Made by a program: the position numbers and the translations under genes
The notes under the pieces: generated by a model
What the model saw: the letters and a program-made list of their open reading frames with translations, nothing else
The model's database searches: none
Told to the model about the DNA's origin: nothing
Shown: piece by piece, positions 36,342 through 45,289 of the stretch
Layout: each line of letters begins with the position of its first letter
Numbering within the stretch: the first letter of the stretch is position 1
Assembly (NCBI GenBank): GCA_023476545.1
Contig: JAMCYP010000014.1
Span: 2,297 to 66,296, forward strand
Reading direction: 5' to 3'
DNA length: 64,000 nucleotides
Source: Candidatus Marsarchaeota archaeon
GTDB lineage: Archaea; Micrarchaeota; Micrarchaeia; Micrarchaeales; CABMGC01

Positions 36342-36724
36342 TTCACCGCGAGGAACTTGCTTCCTCTTGTTGCCCTGATTCCTGGAGCTGAATGGACCAC
36401 TCTCTTCGTAGAGAATGCGAACTCGCCGAGCCTGTGCCCCAGCATCTCCGGAGCTATCACCATCTCCTTGAACTCCTTGCCGTCGTGAACCCCGAACCTC
36501 ATGCCGACCCAGCTCGGGAGTATGACTGCTTCGCGGAGCTGCGTCTTGACGAGTTTGTTGCCCTTCTTCGCCTCCTCAACCTTCTCAATCAGCTGCTTGT
36601 AGCCGAAGCTCATCCTCTTCAGGGCGCGCCTCTCTCTCGCGTTGATGAGCTTGGCGTACTCGTCCATGCTGAGCTTCTGGAGCTCTTCCAGAGTTTTCCC
36701 TCTAAAGCTAAATATCCTTGGCAT
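36338..36724 (-). CDS. rps19: 30S ribosomal protein uS19
   Basis: 128 aa with GVHDGKEFKEMVIAPEMLGHRLGEFAFSTK. Confidence 0.95.
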   Translation of the reverse strand: MPRIFSFRGKTLEELQKLSMDEYAKLINARERRALKRMSFGYKQLIEKVEEAKKGNKLVKTQLREAVILPSWVGMRFGVHDGKEFKEMVIAPEMLGHRLGEFAFSTKRVVHSAPGIRATRGSKFLAVK

Positions 36725-36726
36725 TC

Positions 36727-37446
36727 TCAGCTCCTCTTCTTCCTTCCTACACGCCTCGCTGCGATGTGTCCTACCTTGGCGCCAGGAGGCGCGTGGCGGG
36801 ACGTCATGCTAGAGGCACCCTTGTGGTGCTGCTTGCCACCGAATGGGTGGTCGACAGGGTTTGACTTTACTCCGCGGTTGCGTGGCCAGTAAGCATTGAT
36901 TGCGTGATGCATGTGATGGCTCTTTCCGGCCCTGAGTATGGGCTGCGCGTCTGCGCCGCCTCCTGCTACAGCGCCCACCTGGGCCCTGCAGATTGAGCTT
37001 ATGTCCACAACCTTCTTCGAAGGCATGAGCACGCTGACAGTGTTCTGCGTGTGCGATACTACAGTGGCGTACGCTCCGGCGGACCTGGCAAGCTTGCCTC
37101 CGTCTCCAGGAGTCACCTCTATGTTGTAGACAGGCGTGCCGTCTGGTATCGAGGTCAGGGGCAGTACGCTTCCGAGCGTGACGTCAGCCTGCATACCCTC
37201 CTGTATCCTTGACCCTACACGTATGCCCTCCGGGGCTATGAATATCGTCTCGCTGTTGTCCTCGTAGACGACGCGCATGAGCGGAGCCTTGTGTCCGGGG
37301 TCGTCGATGAGTTCGAGCACCTCTCCTACCATCTTCGAGTCAACCTTCCTGCTCGGGAATACGACATCGGCCTTGAAGGTGTTTGGAGGCTTCCTGAATG
37401 CGTTGGTGCCCCTGCCCCTTCTCTGCATGTGTAGGTTCTTTCCCAT
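36727..37446 (-). CDS. rpl2: 50S ribosomal protein uL2
   Basis: 239 aa with NPVDHPFGGKQHH and GGGADAQPIL blocks. Confidence 0.97.
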   Translation of the reverse strand: MGKNLHMQRRGRGTNAFRKPPNTFKADVVFPSRKVDSKMVGEVLELIDDPGHKAPLMRVVYEDNSETIFIAPEGIRVGSRIQEGMQADVTLGSVLPLTSIPDGTPVYNIEVTPGDGGKLARSAGAYATVVSHTQNTVSVLMPSKKVVDISSICRAQVGAVAGGGADAQPILRAGKSHHMHHAINAYWPRNRGVKSNPVDHPFGGKQHHKGASSMTSRHAPPGAKVGHIAARRVGRKKRS

Positions 37447-37456
37447 TATCTCACCT

Positions 37457-37708
37457 TCATACCAGCTTCAGCTTGAGCGCTATGTCGCTCGCCTTGAACT
37501 GTTCGCTTATCTTTATGTAAGCCCTCTTTCTGTTTCTTGGCTCTATCGCGACGTTTACGCGTGCGACCTTCACCTTGAACGTGTCCTCGAACTCCTTCTT
37601 TATCTGTGGCTTCGTTGATCTCATGTCAACCATGTACGTGATTATGTTGTTCCTCTCGATCATGTTGATCGCCTTCTCGGTTGCTATCGGATACATGAGC
37701 GCGTTCAT
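37457..37708 (-). CDS. rpl23: 50S ribosomal protein uL23
   Basis: 83 aa; ILYPIATEKA-like N-terminus (MYPIATEKAINMIE). Confidence 0.93.
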   Translation of the reverse strand: MNALMYPIATEKAINMIERNNIITYMVDMRSTKPQIKKEFEDTFKVKVARVNVAIEPRNRKRAYIKISEQFKASDIALKLKLV

Positions 37709-37712
37709 ATGA

Positions 37713-38528
37713 TCACTGTTTGTAGTTCGCAGTTGACTTTGCTATCCCGTCCTTTACTGATTCAAGCGCAGCCTCAGACCACAGCGTTAGCCTTGGCCTC
37801 GCGCCAGGAGCCAGTTTCCCTATGTTCATCCTGTCGACTTCGAGCACGTCAACGCCAGGTATGTTTCTGCCTGCCTTTTCAACGGACTTGGCGTCCTTCG
37901 CTATTATAAGTACGGTGCTCCTGAAGTATCTCTTCTTACTCCTCCTTCTTGTGCCGTCGTTGGTCCTGGGCGCGTGCGATCTCTCCATGTCGTCGGCGAA
38001 GCCTAGCACTCCAAGAACCTTGGTGAGCTCCTTTGTTCTCGCTATCTTCTCTATCTGGTTCGAAACGACTACCGGGAATGGTTCCTTCTGGAAAGCGTAA
38101 CTCTTCTTTATCATGGGTGCGTTGGCTGTAGCAGCTACTGCTATGCTCAGCGCCTTGGCGTACTCCTTCCTGTTTATCCTCTCTCTTATTATCTTCTCGA
38201 CCTTGTGCGGATGGGCCCTCCTTCCCTTCACCGAGGAAGGTATCTTCCTTACGTCGCCTGAGCCTCCCTTGGCCAGCCTCTGCCTGGGCCTCGGAGGTCG
38301 TCCTGTGTGCCTCTGTGTTCTGTAGGTTCCGTACCTTCCAGTATAGGATGCGGAGGTGTCCATTCCAGCAAGCAGGTAGTGGCCCTGGGGCTGGTATCTG
38401 GCGCTCTGCTCCGCGAGCAGCGCCCTCCTCACTATGTCCTCGTTGAACGCGATGCTGAACACCTCCGGTAGTGTGATCTTCTTCTCCACCTTCCCGTCGG
38501 TTTGGTAAACGTTGGCCTCCATTCTCAT
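37713..38528 (-). CDS. rpl4: 50S ribosomal protein uL4
   Basis: 271 aa in operon position; ATGA overlap with the rpl3 stop. An alternative start exists at 38522. Confidence 0.93.
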   Translation of the reverse strand: MRMEANVYQTDGKVEKKITLPEVFSIAFNEDIVRRALLAEQSARYQPQGHYLLAGMDTSASYTGRYGTYRTQRHTGRPPRPRQRLAKGGSGDVRKIPSSVKGRRAHPHKVEKIIRERINRKEYAKALSIAVAATANAPMIKKSYAFQKEPFPVVVSNQIEKIARTKELTKVLGVLGFADDMERSHAPRTNDGTRRRSKKRYFRSTVLIIAKDAKSVEKAGRNIPGVDVLEVDRMNIGKLAPGARPRLTLWSEAALESVKDGIAKSTANYKQ

Positions 38529-39490
38529 GCACCCTGCTTTGACTCGAGCGATACGTAAGTTATCTTAGGAACTGCTGACTTGCCCTTCGGGCGCAGCGCC
38601 CTCCTTATCCTGACCAGCCTCTTGGAAGCTCCTGGTATGGAGCCGTCAACTAGGAGGTAATCGTTATTTATCATGCCGAACCTCAGGAAGCCTCCCGCGG
38701 GAGTGACCGTGTTTGCGTCCTGGACTGTGCCTACCTTAAGCACGCGCTTGTTTATCTCAGTTCGATAGTTGAACCCCAGGTGGCCTGCTTGCGGAACCGA
38801 GAAGAGCACCTTCGCCGGGTGCCAGGCGCCCAGGCTGCCCACGTGCCTTGTCTTTCCGGTGGACTTGTGGTAAAGTTTTGCGACGTGGAACCTGTGCACA
38901 GGGCCCTCCCATCCCTTTCCTTTCGAAACGGAAGTCACGTCTATCATGTCGCCGCTGTTGAGCAGTTCCGCGAGCTTCAGCTCCTTGCCCATAACCTTCT
39001 CTATGAATGCGATCTTGCCAGATATGTCCTTGCCACCTACAGGAATCTCGAACCTCAGCGTCTTCTTTATACCCATCTTGAGACTCTCAGGGTCAGCATA
39101 TGCGAGAGCCACAACATCAGAGTACTCGCTGGCCTTCTTCTTTGTCTCCTCCATGCTGCTCTGCTTTGCGTTCTTCATGCCGAGCTTCTGCGCCGCTGCC
39201 GTATCGAAGACGTCAGTGGCTGCCTGAGAGTAGAGATAGTTCTTCTTGTAGAACCTGGCTCCGTATACGAACATCTTTGGAATTACGAGAACAGTGGCCG
39301 CACGGGAAACCTCCTGGCCCTTGGAAGGCGAGTTTGAGTCGTCGATTATGCCGACGTGCGTCATTCCTGCCTTGAACGCTACGAGCGTGAGCACGCCGGG
39401 CTCTGCTGTTGCAGGCCAGTTCCTCACTCTCGGAAGTAGCCTATGCGCCCGTCTATGGGGCCAAAATTCTAGCGAACCTTTATGACTCAT
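38525..39490 (-). CDS. rpl3: 50S ribosomal protein uL3
   Basis: MSHKGSLEFWPHRRA... Start at inner ATG 39490 of the 39559 ORF. Confidence 0.95.
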   Translation of the reverse strand: MSHKGSLEFWPHRRAHRLLPRVRNWPATAEPGVLTLVAFKAGMTHVGIIDDSNSPSKGQEVSRAATVLVIPKMFVYGARFYKKNYLYSQAATDVFDTAAAQKLGMKNAKQSSMEETKKKASEYSDVVALAYADPESLKMGIKKTLRFEIPVGGKDISGKIAFIEKVMGKELKLAELLNSGDMIDVTSVSKGKGWEGPVHRFHVAKLYHKSTGKTRHVGSLGAWHPAKVLFSVPQAGHLGFNYRTEINKRVLKVGTVQDANTVTPAGGFLRFGMINNDYLLVDGSIPGASKRLVRIRRALRPKGKSAVPKITYVSLESKQGA

Positions 39491-39610
39491 GCCTATGCAC
39501 TTGGAAAAGTAGCACAGTGTGCTGCTGTCAACGCCGAAAACAGCTAACCTATAGGGCAATTTAGCTTTATAAAAGTGTCGGGAAGCGGGTATTTGTGGAA
39601 GTGAGCGTCC

Positions 39611-39994
39611 GTGAACAGCGCATCTTTAGTATCTGAGGAGCCAATAACGTGCATGGGGTACTGCGGTCCTCAGTTATACACGGTGATAAAGGACGGACAG
39701 TTAGTCCTAAGCGAGGTGCCCGGAGCGTATGCAGGCATCGTCACCAAGGGCATCTTTGGCAGGCTGGAATGCAAATCTGGCATGTATGCGAAGAGGGAGA
39801 ACAGGGTGTTCTTTGCAACGTTGGAGGACGCGGTGAAGATGGGCTTCAGGCCCTGCAACAAGTGCAAGCCTCTGGACGAGGAGCATTTCGAGAGAGTAAA
39901 GAGCCTGGTGAGGGAACCTACACTGAATGATTTCTACCACAGGCCCATGCGCCGGATAGACCCGCCTACTTTATCAGAGAGTCTACGCTGGTGA
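39611..39994 (+). CDS. Ada-type metal-binding domain protein (stand-alone)
   Basis: ECKSGMYAKRENRVFFATLEDAVKMGFRPCNKCKP resembles the N-Ada Zn domain (CRPSC...eNrvfF...A...GfRpCkrCrP). GTG start uncertain. Confidence 0.6.
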   Translation: MNSASLVSEEPITCMGYCGPQLYTVIKDGQLVLSEVPGAYAGIVTKGIFGRLECKSGMYAKRENRVFFATLEDAVKMGFRPCNKCKPLDEEHFERVKSLVREPTLNDFYHRPMRRIDPPTLSESLRW

Positions 39995-40193
39995 CTACCT
40001 TTAGCTGCTTCACTGCGCTTGAGACCGACGCCAGGAGCGCGACGGGGTCGCTCGCCTCCACCTTTATCTCTATACTGTCCTTTGACGCATTGAACGACAG
40101 GCTGCCCCTCTTGTACTTGGCGCCCTTGCCCACTATCCTAACGTAGTCCTTGGATCTCGGGCCCAGAGCCAGCTTGATCGTAGCGCTTGGCAC
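39966..40193 (-). CDS. pcc1: KEOPS subunit Pcc1
   Basis: 75 aa; SIEIKVEASDPVALLASVSSAVKQLKVV matches the Pcc1 pattern (l.i.i.A.D..aLRa.vns.lr.l.v). Confidence 0.7.
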   Translation of the reverse strand: MPSATIKLALGPRSKDYVRIVGKGAKYKRGSLSFNASKDSIEIKVEASDPVALLASVSSAVKQLKVVTSVDSLIK

Positions 40194-40197
40194 GCCG

Positions 40198-40779
40198 TCA
40201 CCTGTATTCGGCGCGTCTGCTCATTCCCTGTGTAACGCTTGGCCTGTTCCTGCTAGTGCCGAATCCTTTCTTTATCAGCCCACGGAACTTCTTCCCTGAG
40301 CTTGTGAGGCCGCGTGTCGCCCTTCCGTGCTGGGCTATGACTTTCGCATATATCGGATCGTTGGCCACCGAAGGATGAGTCCTGTCAAGCAGGATAACCT
40401 CGAAAAACTTGTAGTTGCCGTCCTCTCCCACGAAGTATGAGTTGAGCACTTCGCAGTTCGTAAACTTGTTGGACGCGCGCTCCTCAGCCCTTGCCTGAAG
40501 CGACTTCCTGAAAGCATAAAATCTTCCTGACTTTGAGGGCTTCCTGCCGGCCTGTATCTTTCTCCTCTTGCTGAGCCCGCGGTCTATCCTGACCCTGGCG
40601 ATGACGACACCCTGCTTTGCCTTGTAGCCGAGCTCTCTCGCCCTGGCCACGTTCGTGGGCTTCTCCACGCGCTGCACTGGCGACTCTCTCCTCCATGTGA
40701 CTATGCGCAGCTTGAGCTGCTGCGACCTTGTGTTGTAGGCGCCCTGGAATGACCTGTTTATGTACCTGTAAGCGTTCAT
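40198..40779 (-). CDS. rpl15e: 50S ribosomal protein eL15
   Basis: MNAYRYINRSFQ...RVEKPTNVARARELGYKAKQGVVIARVRI. Confidence 0.95.
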   Translation of the reverse strand: MNAYRYINRSFQGAYNTRSQQLKLRIVTWRRESPVQRVEKPTNVARARELGYKAKQGVVIARVRIDRGLSKRRKIQAGRKPSKSGRFYAFRKSLQARAEERASNKFTNCEVLNSYFVGEDGNYKFFEVILLDRTHPSVANDPIYAKVIAQHGRATRGLTSSGKKFRGLIKKGFGTSRNRPSVTQGMSRRAEYR

Positions 40780-40815
40780 ACTTTCACCGAGAGAAAAAGC
40801 TTGCTAGCTGAATCC

Positions 40816-41973
40816 TCATTTGCTATCTACTATATCTGCTAATCCTTTTAAATATAAATAGGTTGCCGCATACGTTGGCAGTGTCTTCTCCTCGTTCTTG
40901 TATGGCCCGAACTCCGCGCCATTTATTGTCAGTTTGTATTTAGAGTCGACCTTGACCTTCAGTTCGCCCTCCCTGAAGGCCACCGCCCCCTTCATCGGGT
41001 CGAATATGTCGAGCGCTGCAAGCGACGGCACCTTCTTTGCGATCAACCCAGTACCGCCGTGTATGCTGTTTGGCAGGCGCATGAGGTGTGAGGGGTCGTT
41101 GGTCACGCCCTTGTCTATCCTATTGCCCTGGTTGATGACCTGCCTGCTGAGAAGGTTCTCGAAGACGCTCTCCCTGTTGGGTATGCGCACGAAGTCCCAG
41201 TTTCCTTTCGACACCTCCTCTCGGACCTTTGCCACGTTCCTGAAGATCCACGAAGCAGTGGTCTTGTCTATCCCCAGCGATGTAAGATCCTCCTTGCTGT
41301 GCGCCGCATCCAGGAAGGCCTTTGCGACCTTCCCTCTCCAACCGCCATCGTTCGGCGAGGGACCCATCTGCTTCTCGTGCCTTGCGTCCACGCGCGTGGT
41401 GTAGAAGAATGCGGCGTAGTCGGGCTCATTTCCGAATATGTAGCTGCTTATCTCCTCCCTCGCCGACTTGCTGAGCGAGAGGACGCTCTCTTTCCTTATG
41501 TGCACGTGATAGCCGCGGTTGCCGCTGAAGTTGATCTCCATCTCCCTCTGCGAGAAGCCGAAATCCGGTACAAGGAAGTTCTCTATAAGCTTGATGACTT
41601 CTTCTTTTGCTGCCTTTAGGCACTTGTCGCACGACCACTCTTTACCATGCTCTATCCTGCACGGCAGCTTCACTATGTCTCCGGCGTCGATGTCGAACCT
41701 CAGTTCCGAGCCGAGCCACTCTTTCTTGTCCATCTGTGCTGCGGGGTGCCGGTAGTATGCTGCCGAGTAGTCGACGTGCAGCGGAGCGGAATCTGCCAGA
41801 TAAGAATGCAGCTCGCGTTCGGTGGCAAATGAGGTGTGCCTTACCGCTATCCTGCTCGAGAAGCTGCCAAAGCCGAACTCCCTCTCGGCAAGCCTGTCAG
41901 GGGCCATGTTCAGGGCTTTGGAATAGTAGTTTTTGATCAGGCCTGATACTGTCTTGTTGCCGAAGTCAGACAT
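40816..41973 (-). CDS. priS: DNA primase small (catalytic) subunit PriS
   Basis: 385 aa with ELRFDIDAGD, NFSGNRGYHVHI and RLPNSIHGGTGL motifs. Confidence 0.9.
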   Translation of the reverse strand: MSDFGNKTVSGLIKNYYSKALNMAPDRLAEREFGFGSFSSRIAVRHTSFATERELHSYLADSAPLHVDYSAAYYRHPAAQMDKKEWLGSELRFDIDAGDIVKLPCRIEHGKEWSCDKCLKAAKEEVIKLIENFLVPDFGFSQREMEINFSGNRGYHVHIRKESVLSLSKSAREEISSYIFGNEPDYAAFFYTTRVDARHEKQMGPSPNDGGWRGKVAKAFLDAAHSKEDLTSLGIDKTTASWIFRNVAKVREEVSKGNWDFVRIPNRESVFENLLSRQVINQGNRIDKGVTNDPSHLMRLPNSIHGGTGLIAKKVPSLAALDIFDPMKGAVAFREGELKVKVDSKYKLTINGAEFGPYKNEEKTLPTYAATYLYLKGLADIVDSK

Positions 41974-42082
41974 GCGGAAATATTGGCTGGCGAAGTATTT
42001 ATGCTATACGCAGCGTGCACCACCTAGCTGCATCACTGACGCAAGCTCACTGATATAAAAAGGTTAGAAGATAAACCAGCAC

Positions 42083-42439
42083 ATGGACGACGTAAAGCAG
42101 GTCATAGTTGTCAGGAAGGACCTGAAGATGGGGGTGGGAAAAACCGCCGCTCAGTGCGCACATGCCGCGATGCTGAGCTACACGGAAGCGCTGAAGAAGG
42201 ACAAAGCTATCGTCAACGCCTGGTTTCAGAGCGGCCAGAAGAAGATAGTGCTCGAAGGCGACGACGAGAAGATGCTAGAAAAACTTTACAAGGCATTCCA
42301 GTATGAGAATGTGCCGTGCGCGCTTGTAAACGATGCTGGTTTAACTCAGCTGCCTCCAGGAACCACGACGGCGCTGGGAATAGGGCCAGATATCGCGGCA
42401 AAGATAGACAAGTTCACCAAACCGCTAAAGCTTCTTTGA
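42083..42439 (+). CDS. pth2: peptidyl-tRNA hydrolase Pth2
   Basis: 118 aa with KQVIVVRKDLKMGVGKTAAQCAHAA...TALGIGP. Confidence 0.92.
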   Translation: MDDVKQVIVVRKDLKMGVGKTAAQCAHAAMLSYTEALKKDKAIVNAWFQSGQKKIVLEGDDEKMLEKLYKAFQYENVPCALVNDAGLTQLPPGTTTALGIGPDIAAKIDKFTKPLKLL

Positions 42440-42462
42440 TACACTATTTTAATAAATGCCGA

Positions 42463-43416
42463 ATGGCACTAAGTATCTGTGGGATCTTGAAAGGCAAAAA
42501 AATAATAATTACTGGCGGGGCGGGATTTGTAGGCAGCAACGTTGTGGAAGAGCTTGCAAAGGACAACCAGGTGCTGGTGCTCGATAATCTGCACACAGGA
42601 AATGTGCTCAACATAGATGCGTTCCTTAAAAACGAGAAGGTAACATTCAAGCAGCTAGATGTATCTGACATAGCCAAGTGCGCATTTGTACCGGACGTGA
42701 TATTTCATCTAGGCATGTATTCTTCGACTCCGATGTACAAGGAAGATCGTAATCTTGTGCATAAGGTGATTGATGGGGCGATACAGGTTCTGGAATTTGC
42801 CAAGGACACCAAGGCAAGAGTGGTCATCGCGTCATCATCCTCCGTATATAATGGCCATCCCGTGCCTCAAAAAGAGGACATGGTGCCCAAGGTGACTGAT
42901 TTTTACACAGAAGCAAGGTATGAAGTTGAGCGGCTGGCTGAACTCTACAATAAGATATTTGGAGTTGGAACTATTTGCATGCGATTTTTCTCTGTCTATG
43001 GTCCGAGGGAAAAAAGCAAAGGAAGATTCGCAAACCTCATCTCTCAGTTCATATGGGACTTGCAGGATGGAAAGGATCCGGTAATATATGGAGACGGACA
43101 ACAGACCCGTGACTTCATCTATGTCAAGGACATTGTTGCTGCGCTGGTTACCGCAGCAGAATCTGACAAGACTGGAGTGTACAATGTTGGCACAGGCAAA
43201 AGCCATACCATAAATGAGATGCTGAAGAAGCTTGGTGAGCAGATGGGCAAGAAGGTGACGCCCAAGTACATAGAGACTCCGTTCAGCAACTATGTGATGC
43301 ACACGTGCGCAGACATGAGCAAGACCAAACGTGAACTGGGTTTTGTCGCAGAACATTCGCTTGATGAAGGCATAAAAATTACTATAGAACACAACCTCAA
43401 GCAAGAGAACAGATAG
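42463..43416 (+). CDS. NAD-dependent nucleotide-sugar epimerase/dehydratase (extended SDR)
   Basis: GGAGFVGSN Rossmann motif. The SDR YxxxK position reads YTEAR. Start at inner ATG 42463. Confidence 0.88.
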   Translation: MALSICGILKGKKIIITGGAGFVGSNVVEELAKDNQVLVLDNLHTGNVLNIDAFLKNEKVTFKQLDVSDIAKCAFVPDVIFHLGMYSSTPMYKEDRNLVHKVIDGAIQVLEFAKDTKARVVIASSSSVYNGHPVPQKEDMVPKVTDFYTEARYEVERLAELYNKIFGVGTICMRFFSVYGPREKSKGRFANLISQFIWDLQDGKDPVIYGDGQQTRDFIYVKDIVAALVTAAESDKTGVYNVGTGKSHTINEMLKKLGEQMGKKVTPKYIETPFSNYVMHTCADMSKTKRELGFVAEHSLDEGIKITIEHNLKQENR

Positions 43417-43421
43417 CGAAG

Positions 43422-43778
43422 GTGCACTTTGTGCTAAGCAAAAAGGTCGTAGACGTCAGGCCGTGGGGATCGGAAGATTGGTTCGTGACAAACGAAAAGT
43501 GCACGGTGAAGCTCCTTTATGTGAAGAAGGGGAAGCGCAACAGCTACCAGTACCACAACAACCGCGAGTCTGAGTTCTGGCACATTGTTTCCGGACAGGT
43601 GCTGGTTACCCTGGACGACAAGGAGCTGACTCTTGGGCAAGGAGAAGATATAATGGTGCCAAAGCGGGCAAAACACAGGTTCTATGGAATAACAGACGCA
43701 ACCATTCTTGAGATAATAAGCGGAGAGTTTGACGAACGTGATATCGTCAGGCTTCAGGACGACTTCAGCAGGAAGTAG
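43422..43778 (+). CDS. cupin-domain protein (type II phosphomannose-isomerase-like)
   Basis: 118 aa with VRPWGSEDWF...SYQYHNNRESEFWHIVSG...AKHRF. GTG start. Confidence 0.75.
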   Translation: MHFVLSKKVVDVRPWGSEDWFVTNEKCTVKLLYVKKGKRNSYQYHNNRESEFWHIVSGQVLVTLDDKELTLGQGEDIMVPKRAKHRFYGITDATILEIISGEFDERDIVRLQDDFSRK

Positions 43779-44693
43779 TCACGTCACGTAGGTAAGCCAG
43801 CTGGAGAAGTCATCATTACTTCCAGAGACAACCTCGTCATACGCATCAAGAAGCATCTTTGTCACAGGTCCCGTCATCCCGGTGCCTACCTTTCTTGAGT
43901 CGATCTTAACTATCGGCGTAAGCTCTGCGGCTGTGCCCGTGAAGAAGAGTTCGTCGCTGGTGTAGAGCTCTTCCCTGTGGACCTCGCGCTCCTCTACCAC
44001 GAGCCCCTCGGCTTCGGCTATCTTTATGATGCTGTCGCGTGTTATCCCGAGCAGTATGTCAGCCGTTTTGGATGGCGTGACGAGCTTGCCGTTTTGGACA
44101 AGGAAGATGTTCTCCCCCGGCCCTTCTGCGACGTAACCGTCGTGAGAAAGAAGCACGGCTTCGTCGGCTCCGTCCTTCTTCGCTTCCATAGAGGCGAGTA
44201 TAGAGTTGAGGTAGTTGCCGCTCCCCTTGGCCTCGGGAGGCATTATCAGCGAGTTTATCCTCTGCCATGAGGACACCTTGCACCTTATTCCCTTGTCCTT
44301 TCCTGTGAAATAGTTCCCGAAGGGAACCGCGGCTACCGCCACGCTTACCTTCTTGCCCATTGGATTTAGGCCTATGTGCTGGTCATTATAGAAGCCGAAG
44401 GGCCGTATATAACATGAGTCGAGCTCGTTCTTTGAGACAGTACTCAGAATTGCCTTCTCAAGTTCCTTCTCTTTGATGCTCAGCGGCATGCCATAGATCT
44501 CGGCAGTGCGGAAGAACCTCTTGGCGTGGTCCTCTAGCCTGAATATCGCCGGGCCCTTGGCCGTTTTGTAGGCGCGTATGCCTTCGAAGATGCCGCTTCC
44601 GTACTGGAGGGAGTGCGTCAGGAGGTGCACCTTCGCGTCCTGGAATGCGACAAACTTGCCGTCAAGCCATATGTAAGACTTCGCATCTTTCAT
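43779..44693 (-). CDS. ilvE: branched-chain amino acid aminotransferase (class IV)
   Basis: IWLDGKFV...HSLQYGSGIFEGIRAY...ELFFTGTAAELTPI. Start at ATG 44693. Confidence 0.9.
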   Translation of the reverse strand: MKDAKSYIWLDGKFVAFQDAKVHLLTHSLQYGSGIFEGIRAYKTAKGPAIFRLEDHAKRFFRTAEIYGMPLSIKEKELEKAILSTVSKNELDSCYIRPFGFYNDQHIGLNPMGKKVSVAVAAVPFGNYFTGKDKGIRCKVSSWQRINSLIMPPEAKGSGNYLNSILASMEAKKDGADEAVLLSHDGYVAEGPGENIFLVQNGKLVTPSKTADILLGITRDSIIKIAEAEGLVVEEREVHREELYTSDELFFTGTAAELTPIVKIDSRKVGTGMTGPVTKMLLDAYDEVVSGSNDDFSSWLTYVT

Positions 44694-44728
44694 GCTATAC
44701 TTTCGCAAAGCAAATTTAAAATACGCGC

Positions 44729-45079
44729 TTAGAGTAGGGGGCCAAGTCTGACTCCGGAGAGCGGATTATTCCGCCCTCCAGTTCCGCTCTTCCTCGCGTC
44801 GCTTATGTACGCGCGGAATGCCTCCAGTCCCTTGTCGGTCATCCTGAGAGGCTTCTGCTCTTCCCCTCTTTCTGTGAATTCCACCACACCCTTATCCTTG
44901 AGTTTCTTCAAGCAGTACCACGCTCCGCTGCGCGATATCTCATAGCGGTCGCACATGTACTCCACGAAACTCGTGGCCGTGGAGCCCCAATCCATTCCTA
45001 TCTCAGCGAGGACCTGCGCCTCCTTGCCGCTAAGTCGGAGCACTTCAAGAGTATAACTACTAGTTCGACCCACTTGCAT
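44729..45079 (-). CDS. winged-helix transcriptional regulator
   Basis: 116 aa; ISRSGAWYCLKKLKDKGVVEF...RMTDKGLEAF is a wHTH pattern. Confidence 0.6.
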   Translation of the reverse strand: MQVGRTSSYTLEVLRLSGKEAQVLAEIGMDWGSTATSFVEYMCDRYEISRSGAWYCLKKLKDKGVVEFTERGEEQKPLRMTDKGLEAFRAYISDARKSGTGGRNNPLSGVRLGPLL

Positions 45080-45289
45080 AAGAGCACCAGGAAGAAAGAC
45101 AGACCGTGGCCCTTACGCCGTGGGCTTAATATTAATTACAAAGCCGCATGTCAGAGGCATGCTTGTGGCTATCCTTGAGAATGAGCCGTACCACAGCATT
45201 GTTCTCTCGCGTCTTTGCATTCGAACACAGTAATTTAACTATTCTCGGTTAATCATATTTAAATCTTTTGTACTGATATTCGTGAGCCT

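Noticed and set aside
42316-42462. 5' extension of the epimerase ORF (366-aa version)
   Set aside because: It overlaps the pth2 3' end out of frame. The Rossmann N-terminus follows ATG 42463.
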